Below are positions 39,696 to 48,541 of a DNA stretch of 64,000 bases, piece by piece. Below the pieces are notes generated by a model. That model worked only from the letters and a program-made list of their open reading frames with translations. It did not search any database and was not told the DNA's origin. A program made the position numbers and the translations under genes. Positions within the stretch are counted from its first letter, which is position 1. Each line of letters begins with the position of its first letter. Origin of the DNA: an uncultured Pelagibacteraceae bacterium (GTDB lineage Bacteria > Pseudomonadota > Alphaproteobacteria > Pelagibacterales > Pelagibacteraceae); assembly GCA_902596205.1 (NCBI GenBank), contig CACJSY010000003.1, forward strand, positions 54,859-118,858, given 5' to 3'.

Positions 39696-41312
39696 TTAGT
39701 TTTTTTTTGAAAGTATATATCTAGATGAAATAACTATGAGAATTGTAGACCAAAATATCAGAAAAAGAGATGGCAAAGCTGCTGCCTCCAAGAGGTCTTG
39801 GGACGCATAAATATAAGCTTGTGTGGCAAATGTTTCAAAATTAAATGGCCTTAATATTAAAGTTATTGGTAATTCTTTTATTACTTCTAAAGAAATTAAA
39901 AGCATAATTAAAATTATATTTGTCCTTAGGTAAGGTATATGAATAGTTAAAAATGTTTTAATTTTTGAATAACCAAGAAGATACGCGCTCTCATCGATAG
40001 AATTATTGATTTTTTCATAACTAGATTTAATTCCATTGAATGATAGAGAAAAAAATCTAATAAAATAGGCTAAGATTAATCCTAAAACAGAACCTATAAA
40101 AATACTTTTAGTGCTATTTAAGTTTAAATTTTCAGAGAAAAAATCGCTTAAATTTGAAAAAAAAGTTATAAATGCTACTGCTAAAATTACCCCTGGTATC
40201 GCATAGCCTGAAACAGAAAAATTTGTAATATAGTTTAAGATTTTACTTTTGGAAATTCTACTACCGTAATTAATAAATAGAGAAATAATAACTATACTTA
40301 AGCTAGCTATTAATACTAAAATTAAGGTATTAAGATTTATATTAATTATATCTATATCTTGAAAATATTTAGGAAACTTAATAGTCCAATAAATCATTTG
40401 CGAAAGTGGAAATAAAAAACTTAAAAATAGAATTAAAAAGCATACAACAAATGCCAATAAAGCTTTTTTTCCAGAAAGTTTAATTTTTGTTATAGGTTTA
40501 AATCCTCTACCTGGCTGGTGATATCTAGCCTCTCTTCTTGAGTAAATTTCTATGGAGAATAAAAAAAGTATAAATAAAAGCAATATGAAAGAGATTTGGT
40601 TGGCTGTATTTAGGTCGTCGAAAGATAACCATGAATTATAAATACCTGTGGTTAATGTATTAACGCTAAAAAAAGAAACTGTTCCAAAATCAGATAAACA
40701 TTCCATAGATACTAAGGCTAATCCAGCAATTATTGCAGGTCTCGCTGATGGTAAAATTATTTTAAAGAATGTTTCTTTCTCTGAAAGACCTAAATTTTTT
40801 CCTACCTCGATATAGTTGTTAGATTGATAATGAAAAGAGGCACGTGTCAAAACATACACATAGGGAAAAAGAGAAAAAGATATTGCCAATATTGCACCTA
40901 CAATTCCATCAATTTTAGGAATGAACGTATTGTAGTTATTTTCTCCAAAAAAATAAGTTAAAATTGAGAAAGCAGTTCCGTAATTTTCAAAAAAAGCAAT
41001 AATTGAAAAAGCGTATATATAACCTGGTACTGCAAATGCTAAAATTAAAGTCCAGCTAAAAAAATTTGAAAAAGGAAATTCATAAAATGCAACAAAATAA
41101 GCTGATAAAACACCTAAAAGGAAAGTAATTAATATTACAAAAACTAATATGAACAGAGAATTAAAAATATAATCAAAAAGAAATGTTTCTTTGAGTACAT
41201 TGTAATAATTACTAGTTTCATAAAAAAAACTTGAGAATACAGTAATTATCGGCAAAGCAACTATTATTGCAATAAAGAAAGAGCTAAAAAACCAAATATT
41301 ATATTTTGTCAT
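39696..41312 (-). CDS. fbpB: Fe3+ ABC transporter permease
   Basis: Two permease repeats: LPSARPA, DFGTV, GYAIPG and KELP...LRPFNFETFA. Confidence 0.92.
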   Translation of the reverse strand: MTKYNIWFFSSFFIAIIVALPIITVFSSFFYETSNYYNVLKETFLFDYIFNSLFILVFVILITFLLGVLSAYFVAFYEFPFSNFFSWTLILAFAVPGYIYAFSIIAFFENYGTAFSILTYFFGENNYNTFIPKIDGIVGAILAISFSLFPYVYVLTRASFHYQSNNYIEVGKNLGLSEKETFFKIILPSARPAIIAGLALVSMECLSDFGTVSFFSVNTLTTGIYNSWLSFDDLNTANQISFILLLFILFLFSIEIYSRREARYHQPGRGFKPITKIKLSGKKALLAFVVCFLILFLSFLFPLSQMIYWTIKFPKYFQDIDIININLNTLILVLIASLSIVIISLFINYGSRISKSKILNYITNFSVSGYAIPGVILAVAFITFFSNLSDFFSENLNLNSTKSIFIGSVLGLILAYFIRFFSLSFNGIKSSYEKINNSIDESAYLLGYSKIKTFLTIHIPYLRTNIILIMLLISLEVIKELPITLILRPFNFETFATQAYIYASQDLLEAAALPSLFLIFWSTILIVISSRYILSKKN

Positions 41313-41318
41313 GATAGC

Positions 41319-41489
41319 TTAATCTTTTTTAAACATTGAGGATACAATTGTTTTAACTTCCTCAATTTTAATCTCAGAAACTTTTCTATTTGATATCTTT
41401 TGCTCCATTTTTTTAGCCTCTGAAATACAAGGCGAACAACCTGATTTTAACTTATTCAAATTAATTTCTTTTTTTATTGTTCGCCTCAT
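41319..41489 (-). CDS. Small basic CxxC protein (hypothetical) inside the Fe3+ ABC operon
   Basis: 56 aa (MRRTIKKEINLNKLKSGCSPCISEAKK...). It fills the fbpA-fbpB gap with 11-bp and 6-bp spacers. Confidence 0.6.
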   Translation of the reverse strand: MRRTIKKEINLNKLKSGCSPCISEAKKMEQKISNRKVSEIKIEEVKTIVSSMFKKD

Positions 41490-41500
41490 ATAATTAACAA

Positions 41501-42520
41501 CTACTTCCAACCTGCTGCTGTCATTACTTCTAAAGCATCTGCTTGTCTTTTTCCGTAATTAACAACTTTTGTTTTTAGATCTTGTTTAAAATCTAATCCC
41601 ATATTTACAACAAGTGGATGTGGAGACACACCTTTTATCATTGGATACTCAAAAGTATTATTTACAATATGATTTTGAGCTTCCTCACTTAATAAGAACT
41701 CAACTAATTTTATCGCATTAGCTTTATTCGGTGCTCCTTTTACTAGTCCTGCACCACTAATGTTCATATGAGTTCCTCTTCCATCTTGATTTGGAAAGAA
41801 TGGTTTTACTTTTTTGGCAGCTGCTTGCTGTTCTGGTCCTTTTTTTCCAGACAACATAAGAGCTAAATAGTAAGTATTTGCTACTGCTATATCAGCTTCT
41901 CCAGCAGCTACAGCAAGTATTTGAGCTCTGTCATTCCCCTTAGGAGATCTTGCCATATTTGAAACCATACCTTTTGACCAATCAGCTACTTTTCCTTTTC
42001 CATTATTTTTAATTAATGAAGCCACTAGTGATTGATTATAGATATTATTTGAGGCTCTAATTACTAATCTGCCTTTCCATTTTGGATCAGCTAAACTTTC
42101 ATAAGTTAACCCAGCTAACTCTGAACCACTTACTCTTTCTGGAGCAAAATATACAATCCTAGCTCTCTTAGCTATACCAGTCCATTTTGATGTTCTGAAG
42201 TTACTAGGAACGGCAGATTTAATTGCTGCACTTGTAAGTCCACCTTGAAGGTAAGCTTCAAAAGCACCTAGTCTTCCAGCATCTGCTGTGATGTAAAGAT
42301 CAGCTTGGCTATCAGCTCCCTCTTCTATTATTCTTTTTTCTAATGCACCAGATTTTCCAGATACAACATTTACTTTTATTCCAGTTTTGGCAGTGAATTT
42401 TTCATAAAGTTGTACGTCAGAATCATAATGCCTTGCGCTAAATATATTAACTTCATTAGCAAACAAGCTGCCTGCGAATGAGATTAATAATAAATAGCCT
42501 ATTATTATTGTTTTTTTCAT
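41501..42520 (-). CDS. fbpA: Fe3+ ABC transporter periplasmic binding protein (FutA/FbpA-like)
   Basis: FSARHY, TGIKV, NIYNQSL, ANTYY (Tyr ligands) and HMNISG motifs. The real start is ATG 42520 after RBS GAGGGA, followed by a signal peptide. Confidence 0.95.
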   Translation of the reverse strand: MKKTIIIGYLLLISFAGSLFANEVNIFSARHYDSDVQLYEKFTAKTGIKVNVVSGKSGALEKRIIEEGADSQADLYITADAGRLGAFEAYLQGGLTSAAIKSAVPSNFRTSKWTGIAKRARIVYFAPERVSGSELAGLTYESLADPKWKGRLVIRASNNIYNQSLVASLIKNNGKGKVADWSKGMVSNMARSPKGNDRAQILAVAAGEADIAVANTYYLALMLSGKKGPEQQAAAKKVKPFFPNQDGRGTHMNISGAGLVKGAPNKANAIKLVEFLLSEEAQNHIVNNTFEYPMIKGVSPHPLVVNMGLDFKQDLKTKVVNYGKRQADALEVMTAAGWK

Positions 42521-42534
42521 TATTTCCCTCGTTA

Positions 42535-42587
42535 ATTGATAATGATTATCATTTACAATATATTGATAATGATTATCATTTGCAATA
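42535..42587 (-). promoter_or_regulatory. Two tandem Fur boxes overlapping a sigma70 promoter
   Basis: ATTGATAATGATTATCATTT[A/G]CAATA is repeated at 42535 and 42562. The minus strand reads TTGCAA-N17-TATATT, with one box filling the spacer. Confidence 0.88.
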
Positions 42588-42660
42588 ATGACGCACCCAA
42601 TTTTCATCGAGTTATACGTCTACAGGTTGCTTAGTTAAATAAAATAGAGTTAAATTAGTC

Positions 42661-42876
42661 ATGCTTCAAATAAATCCAAAAAAATTTAAGCCAATTAAAA
42701 ACAAAACTATTCCTAATCCAATGAGGCCAAAATTTAGAAATAAAGCTCAAGCCAACATTTATTTTCTTTCACAAAGAAAATTTAATGGAGAAAAAAAAAT
42801 TAAATTCATTAGAAATATTAAATTTATTATCTCTCTAACTGCAATTATTATCGGTGGATATTTATTATCTAATTAA
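42661..42876 (+). CDS. Hypothetical small basic protein with C-terminal hydrophobic anchor
   Basis: 71-aa ATG ORF filling the gap; C-terminal FIISLTAIIIGGYLL. Confidence 0.6.
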   Translation: MLQINPKKFKPIKNKTIPNPMRPKFRNKAQANIYFLSQRKFNGEKKIKFIRNIKFIISLTAIIIGGYLLSN

Positions 42877-43645
42877 TCCTAGCTGACACTTTACCAAGCT
42901 TATTAATCTTACCTACATATAAACCTTTTCCTAATATTGGTACAACACCAACAGAAGAGCCGGTAAATACGTAAAAATTTTTACTGTGTTTGATTTTATC
43001 TTTTTGTAATTTATTTAAAACAAATTTCAAAGAATTAAGTGGGTCTATATAAACTGTATTTGTATTTCCATTAACTGATTGATTTATTTTTTTATTAGAA
43101 ATATTTGTATATAAATTTTTGACGTTTTGATTTTTATATTTTTGAAGTGGTCCAACAACAAATTTTACATTAGCTCCAAAATCAGAACATAAATCACCTA
43201 AGCTTTTTATTCCTTTTTTTCTTTGTCTATATCCAACAACTTCAATACATGGAGCAATATGGGTAATGTATTTTTTTATATTTTTTTTCGAAATTTTTTG
43301 CTTTAAATCAAAAAAATTTTTCTTAACAATAAAACAGACTTCTAGTTCGATACCCATTGTGAATTTATTTATTTTTACTGATTTATTATTTTTTAAAACA
43401 TTATGTTTAAATACTGCAGCGTAAAATGGTTCTTTCTCTTTTAATTTTTTTAAAACAGGAATTCCGGTCCCTGCAGCCTTAAATCCAATTATAGGTTTTT
43501 TAATTTTACTTTCACATAATTTTCTAAATTTTTCTGCTTTAGAAAGCTTTTTAGTATATCTTGTTGGCAGTGGTGAAATAATTTTATTTTTAAGAAAAGC
43601 CTTTACAAGTTGATTGCTAAGTTTTTCCATCGATTTGCTAATCAT
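42869..43645 (-). CDS. FAH-superfamily hydratase/decarboxylase (MhpD-like), divergent
   Basis: GFK, GIELEVCF, PCIEVV, DFGAN and FTGS motifs; coupled to the pfkA stop (TAATG). Confidence 0.75.
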   Translation of the reverse strand: MISKSMEKLSNQLVKAFLKNKIISPLPTRYTKKLSKAEKFRKLCESKIKKPIIGFKAAGTGIPVLKKLKEKEPFYAAVFKHNVLKNNKSVKINKFTMGIELEVCFIVKKNFFDLKQKISKKNIKKYITHIAPCIEVVGYRQRKKGIKSLGDLCSDFGANVKFVVGPLQKYKNQNVKNLYTNISNKKINQSVNGNTNTVYIDPLNSLKFVLNKLQKDKIKHSKNFYVFTGSSVGVVPILGKGLYVGKINKLGKVSARIN

Positions 43646-44733
43646 TATATTTCATCTCCAATATATATTCCTAAAGATAATGCAGTTTCTACCAAAGAGT
43701 CTTTTCTTTCAACATTTTTATACGTTTTTATTCCTTCATCTATTGGTACGTCAATTACCCTTCTATTTTTCCAAGCTACCATACGATCAAATTTCTTTTG
43801 GTTTAATAAGTCAACAGCATAAACTCCAAATGCACTTGCCAAAATTCTATCACTAGCAGTTGGAGGTGCGCCTCTTTGAACATGACCTAATGATGTTACT
43901 CTGCATTCTACATCTGTTTTTTTCATTAATTCTTGGGCAATATAATCACCTATGCCGCCTAAACGTTGTTCTCCGTCCATATACTTATGTAAAACTCTTG
44001 ATCCGTCCTCTTTTTTTACTGCTTCAGCTACAATAATTAAAGAATGTTGAATGTCATGTTTTTTCATTGAATTTAATTTTTTTATAATGCCACTAATCGA
44101 ATATTTTATTTCAGGTATCAAAATTATATCAGCACCTCCAGCGATCCCTGCGTTTAAAGCGATATGGCCAGCATCTCTACCCATTACTTCTAATATCATA
44201 GATCTTCTGTGACTTGCTGCAGTTGATTGCAAATTATCTAATGCTTGAGTGGCTACATCTACAGCTGTATGAAATCCAATTGAACTCTCGGTAGCTCCAA
44301 CATCATTATCTATGGTCTTTGGAATCGCAACGATTCTCATATCTCCATTTTTAGCTAGTTTTCTTAATATTTGCATACTACCGTCACCACCAATTATTAT
44401 TAAACCATCCAGTTTCATTTCATGATAACCCTCAATAATTTCTTTTGATTTATCAATGTATTTTCCGTTAGATGTGGGTATTTTAAATGGATTTCCTTTG
44501 TTGGTGGAACCCAAAAAGGTCCCGCCTTGTCTGAGTAAATAACCCTCAAAAGTTTTATGTGTCAATTGAATCGCCGCAACAGGTCTTTTCATCAAACCTG
44601 CAGTTCCATCTTTAATTCCAAATACATCCATATTGTATTTATTTTTTGCCCTGTAAAAAATTGATCTGATTGCTGCGTTTAATCCACCACAATCACCGCC
44701 ACTTGTTAAGATTCCGATTTTTTTGTTTTTCAT
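43645..44733 (-). CDS. pfkA: 6-phosphofructokinase (PfkA family, probably ATP-dependent)
   Basis: TSGGDCGGLN, GGTFLGS, GGDGS, PKTIDND, EVMGRDAG and LGHVQRG motifs. Confidence 0.95.
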   Translation of the reverse strand: MKNKKIGILTSGGDCGGLNAAIRSIFYRAKNKYNMDVFGIKDGTAGLMKRPVAAIQLTHKTFEGYLLRQGGTFLGSTNKGNPFKIPTSNGKYIDKSKEIIEGYHEMKLDGLIIIGGDGSMQILRKLAKNGDMRIVAIPKTIDNDVGATESSIGFHTAVDVATQALDNLQSTAASHRRSMILEVMGRDAGHIALNAGIAGGADIILIPEIKYSISGIIKKLNSMKKHDIQHSLIIVAEAVKKEDGSRVLHKYMDGEQRLGGIGDYIAQELMKKTDVECRVTSLGHVQRGAPPTASDRILASAFGVYAVDLLNQKKFDRMVAWKNRRVIDVPIDEGIKTYKNVERKDSLVETALSLGIYIGDEI

Positions 44734-44774
44734 TAAATTTACTATTCTTTAATATTTTTTTTTAAGGAAAGTGG

Positions 44775-44784
44775 TGTTATAACA
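44775..44784. promoter_or_regulatory. Palindrome TGTTATAACA between divergent pfkA and pyk
   Basis: Perfect 10-bp palindrome. It reads as an extended -10 (TGn-TATAAC) on both strands and fits the GntR/HutC-type GT-N-TA-N-AC pattern. Confidence 0.45.
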
Positions 44785-44797
44785 TAAAAATCTCTTA

Positions 44798-46210
44798 ATG
44801 GAAAAAAAAGCAAAAATTATAGCTACTTTAGGACCATCTATTTATAGTGAATCTAAGTTAAAAAGCCTTGTTAACCTAGGAGTTGATGCATTTAGGATAA
44901 ATTTTAGTCATAACACGCAAGGAATAAGCAAAATAATTTCTAAAATTAGAAAAGTGGAAAGAAAAGTAGGTAAAAAAATCTCTCTAATTGCAGATTTGCA
45001 AGGTGTTAAGCTAAGAATTGGAATAATTAAAAAAACATATCAAAAAATAAAATTAAATCAGACATTAATTTTTGATCTTAATAAAAAACCAGGAGATCAT
45101 AAAAGAGTAAACTTTCCTTATCCAAAAATTTTAAAAAAATTAAAAAAAGGAAATAAAATCTTATTAGATGATGGTAAATTTTTGTTCACTGTAATAGGGA
45201 AAAAGAAGAGCTCAATTATAACAAAATGTAAAAGTCAGAATTGTGAAATTAAAAGTAATAAGAGTGTTCATATACCTAAAATCGATATAGCGTTTAATAA
45301 ACTAACATCAAAAGATAAAAAAGATATAAGAACAGCTACTAAATTAGGTTGTAATTGGATTGCTTTGTCGTATTTGCAAAATGAAAAATTAATTACAGAG
45401 GCAAGAAAATTAATAAAAAAGGATATGGGTATTATATCAAAGATTGAAAACAAACATGCTCTAAAAAATATAACAAAAATTATTCAAGCAACCGACTCAG
45501 TTATGATAGCAAGAGGAGATCTTGCTATAGATATAGGACATAGTGAGGTTCCAAAAGTTCAATTAAGTTTAATTAAAAAGTGCTCTCAATATTCTAAATC
45601 TGTTATTGTTGCTACCCAAATGCTTGAGAGTATGATTGAAAATAATACAGCAACTCGTGCTGAAATTAATGATATTGCAACAGCTATATTTCAAGGCGCA
45701 GATACTGTTATGCTATCTGCTGAAGCAGCTATTGGAAAATTTCCTACGCAAGCAGTTTCAACAATGTCAAAAACAATACTTTCAACTGAAAAATACAAAA
45801 GAGAGCATATAGAAGATTTTAAAAATTCTATAGTAACTAATAAGGACCCTGTGAAATCAATTCTTTTGTCTGTAAAAGATATTGCTTACAATCCTAATGT
45901 CAAAGCAATTATAGTTTTTTCAAATTCTGGTAAATCAGCAAAATTAGTTTCCTCAATGCGGCCAGCAGCTAAAATTGTAACTATTTCACCTAATATAAAT
46001 ATATCAAGACAAGTTTCTTTGCTTTGGGGTGTTCAATCTATTAATAGTCGTGATGCTAATGGCTGGAAAGATATGATGTCCATTTCAAAAGAAATTATAA
46101 AAAAGTTAAAATTTATTAAAAAGAATGATTTTGTTGTAATTACAGCTGGTTTGCCTTTTGGTAAAGCTGGTATGACTAATATGGTTAGGCTTTATAAAGT
46201 GGGTACTTAA
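44798..46210 (+). CDS. pyk: Pyruvate kinase
   Basis: KIIATLGP, RINFSH, DLQG, SKIE, MIARGDL, ATQMLESM and TRAE motifs. Confidence 0.97.
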   Translation: MEKKAKIIATLGPSIYSESKLKSLVNLGVDAFRINFSHNTQGISKIISKIRKVERKVGKKISLIADLQGVKLRIGIIKKTYQKIKLNQTLIFDLNKKPGDHKRVNFPYPKILKKLKKGNKILLDDGKFLFTVIGKKKSSIITKCKSQNCEIKSNKSVHIPKIDIAFNKLTSKDKKDIRTATKLGCNWIALSYLQNEKLITEARKLIKKDMGIISKIENKHALKNITKIIQATDSVMIARGDLAIDIGHSEVPKVQLSLIKKCSQYSKSVIVATQMLESMIENNTATRAEINDIATAIFQGADTVMLSAEAAIGKFPTQAVSTMSKTILSTEKYKREHIEDFKNSIVTNKDPVKSILLSVKDIAYNPNVKAIIVFSNSGKSAKLVSSMRPAAKIVTISPNINISRQVSLLWGVQSINSRDANGWKDMMSISKEIIKKLKFIKKNDFVVITAGLPFGKAGMTNMVRLYKVGT

Positions 46211-46383
46211 TGGAAGATAATTATAGTATCGATGAAATTTTATCAGCAGTTAACGATCTTCAAAATATAAGCAAAGACAAAAATAAAAAAATTTCAAAAG
46301 AATTATCAAATAAATCTGATACTTCAAATATTCCAAAAAATACACTCAGATTGATTGAAGAAGCTGAGAAATCTAAAAATTAA
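46210..46383 (+). CDS. Unannotated 57-aa hypothetical protein
   Basis: Below the ORF track cutoff. The ATG overlaps the pyk stop (TAATG). Sequence: MEDNYSIDEILSAVNDLQNISKDKNKKISKELSNKSDTSNIPKNTLRLIEEAEKSKN. Confidence 0.7.
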   Translation: MEDNYSIDEILSAVNDLQNISKDKNKKISKELSNKSDTSNIPKNTLRLIEEAEKSKN

Positions 46384-47384
46384 ATTAACCCAGATATCTG
46401 AATAGCTGTATCACACATCCTATTAGAAAATCCCCATTCATTATCATACCACGAGAGAACTCTACTAAATTTTCCTTTTATAACTTGAGTTTGTGTTAAA
46501 TCAAAAATCGAGCTATGGGGGTTATGATTAAAATCTTTTGAAACCAATGGAGCTGAATTAGTTGCTAATATTCCTTTTAAATGTCCATTAGCTGCTTTAC
46601 TCATAGCATCATTTATACTTTCAGATGTAACTTCTTTATTAGGTACGAATGTAAGATCAATTAAAGAAACATTGGGTGTTGGTACTCTTATAGCAGTGCC
46701 ATCAAGTTTTCCCTTTAAACTTGGTAATACTAAACTCATAGCTTTGGCTGCTCCAGTAGAAGTTGGTATCATGGCATCCCCGGACGCTCTTGCTCTTCTC
46801 AAGTCTTTATGAAGTGTATCTAAAAGTTTTTGATCTCCTGTGTAACTATGAATAGTAGTCATATATCCATATTCAATACCAAAAGTATTTTCTAAAACCA
46901 TGGCAACTGGTGCTAAGCAGTTTGTAGTGCAAGAGCCATTAGAAATTACATTATGTTCTTTTCTCAAATCTTTGCTGTTTACTCCTTGAACAACAGTAAA
47001 ATCTACTTCCTTTGCTGGGGCGGAAATTATTACTTTTTTCGCGCCAGCCTCTATGTGTTTGCTAGCTGATTTTTTATCTAAAAAAAAGCCAGTACACTCT
47101 AAAACAACATCAGCTCCAATTTTTCCCCAAGGCAATTTAGACGGATCTCTCTCAGCAAAAACTTTAATATTTTGATCTCCTATTTGAAAACCTTCTTTAG
47201 TTGTCTTTACATCATGATTTAATGTACCATGTGTACTATCAAATTTGATCAGGTGGGCGTTGGCTTCTATAGAACCAAGATCATTAATACCTACTACTTG
47301 AATTTTACTTTTATAGTTTTCTAATAAAGCTCTTAAGATAAGCCGCCCTATCCTACCAAAACCATTAATTCCTACTTTGACCAT
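46380..47384 (-). CDS. gap: Glyceraldehyde-3-phosphate dehydrogenase (type I)
   Basis: GINGFGRIGR, SCTTNCLAP, PTSTGAAKA and WYDNEWG motifs. Confidence 0.97.
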   Translation of the reverse strand: MVKVGINGFGRIGRLILRALLENYKSKIQVVGINDLGSIEANAHLIKFDSTHGTLNHDVKTTKEGFQIGDQNIKVFAERDPSKLPWGKIGADVVLECTGFFLDKKSASKHIEAGAKKVIISAPAKEVDFTVVQGVNSKDLRKEHNVISNGSCTTNCLAPVAMVLENTFGIEYGYMTTIHSYTGDQKLLDTLHKDLRRARASGDAMIPTSTGAAKAMSLVLPSLKGKLDGTAIRVPTPNVSLIDLTFVPNKEVTSESINDAMSKAANGHLKGILATNSAPLVSKDFNHNPHSSIFDLTQTQVIKGKFSRVLSWYDNEWGFSNRMCDTAIQISGLI

Positions 47385-47387
47385 TTG

Positions 47388-47741
47388 TTATACGTATTTA
47401 AATACAACAATAAAATAAGCAACACAAATAATTGATGCTATCCACAAGAGACTACCAACGAGACCTAACCATGCTAAATGAATAAACGCACTACCCAATA
47501 AAGAAACAAATAATCTATCACCTCTAGTTGTATCTAAACCTAAAATACCTTTTCTTGGAGAACCTCCTGGTACTTTCTTTTCCCAAATAAGCATTACCGT
47601 TATGCATAAAGCTATAAAAATAAAAAAAGCAGCTGTTTGCCATGTCCAAGCCATCCATGAAAATAAATCAAAATCAAAAAAACCTTTTTCTTTTGCTTTA
47701 CCAACTTCACCCCATGTGGCTGCATACAATTTCGTAAACAT
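47388..47741 (-). CDS. glpU: Small membrane subunit of glycerol ABC transporter (DUF2160; rhizobial GlpU)
   Basis: WMAWTW...RKGILGLDTTRGDRLFVSLLGSAFI. Confidence 0.85.
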   Translation of the reverse strand: MFTKLYAATWGEVGKAKEKGFFDFDLFSWMAWTWQTAAFFIFIALCITVMLIWEKKVPGGSPRKGILGLDTTRGDRLFVSLLGSAFIHLAWLGLVGSLLWIASIICVAYFIVVFKYV

Positions 47742-48541
47742 TAAACCCTTCCCATCGCAAATCCTTTAGCAATATAATTTTTAACAAAGTAAATTACAAT
47801 TGCTCCTGGTATGATTGTTAAAGTTCCTGCTGCAGCTAATAAACCAAGTTCGTATCCCGAGGTACTTGCAGTTCTAGTCATAGTAGCTGCTATTGGTTTT
47901 GCAGCAGTGGCTGTTAGTGTTTTCGCTAATAAAAGCTCAACCCAGGAGAACATAAAGCAGAAAAACATAGTAATACCTATACCAGCTGCAATAGTTGGCA
48001 CAAATATTTTAAAGAAAAATCTACCGAAAGAATACCCATCCACATAAGCTGTTTCGTCTAATTCTTTTGGAACTGCGGACATAAATCCTTCTAAAATCCA
48101 TACTGCTAAAGGGATATTGAATAAACAATGTGATAAAGCAACAGCAATATGAGTATCAAATAAGTTTACAGATGAGTAAAACTGGAAAAATGGCAAAGCA
48201 AAAACTGCTGGTGGAGCCATTCTATTTGTTAATAACCAAAAAAATAAATGCTTATCACCTAAAAATTTATATCTGGAAAACGCGTAAGCTGCAGGTAAAG
48301 CAGCTGCTACTGAAATAACAGTATTAAATACTGTGTATGTAATTGAATTTATATAACCCATGTACCAAGTGCTGTCTGTAAATATTTTTACATAATTCTC
48401 TGTTGTAAATTTTTGTGGCCATAAAGAGTATGTATTAATAATTTCAGTAGTTGTCTTGAATGACATATTAATTAACCAATAGATCGGTAGCATTAAAAAA
48501 ATTATATATAATGTAGGTACTAACCATTTATATTTTTTCAT
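47741..48541 (-). CDS. Glycerol ABC transporter permease (rhizobial GlpQ nomenclature; not a phosphodiesterase)
   Basis: LTNRMAP, ELDETAYVDG, SWVELL and IAKGFAMGRV motifs. Confidence 0.88.
   Translation of the reverse strand: MKKYKWLVPTLYIIFLMLPIYWLINMSFKTTTEIINTYSLWPQKFTTENYVKIFTDSTWYMGYINSITYTVFNTVISVAAALPAAYAFSRYKFLGDKHLFFWLLTNRMAPPAVFALPFFQFYSSVNLFDTHIAVALSHCLFNIPLAVWILEGFMSAVPKELDETAYVDGYSFGRFFFKIFVPTIAAGIGITMFFCFMFSWVELLLAKTLTATAAKPIAATMTRTASTSGYELGLLAAAGTLTIIPGAIVIYFVKNYIAKGFAMGRV

Noticed and set aside
42521-42607. N-terminal extension of the FbpA ORF with a repeated NDNHYQ peptide, which looks like a metal-binding motif
   Set aside because: It is the translation of the two Fur boxes (AAT GAT AAT CAT TAT). 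The RBS and signal peptide point to ATG 42520.
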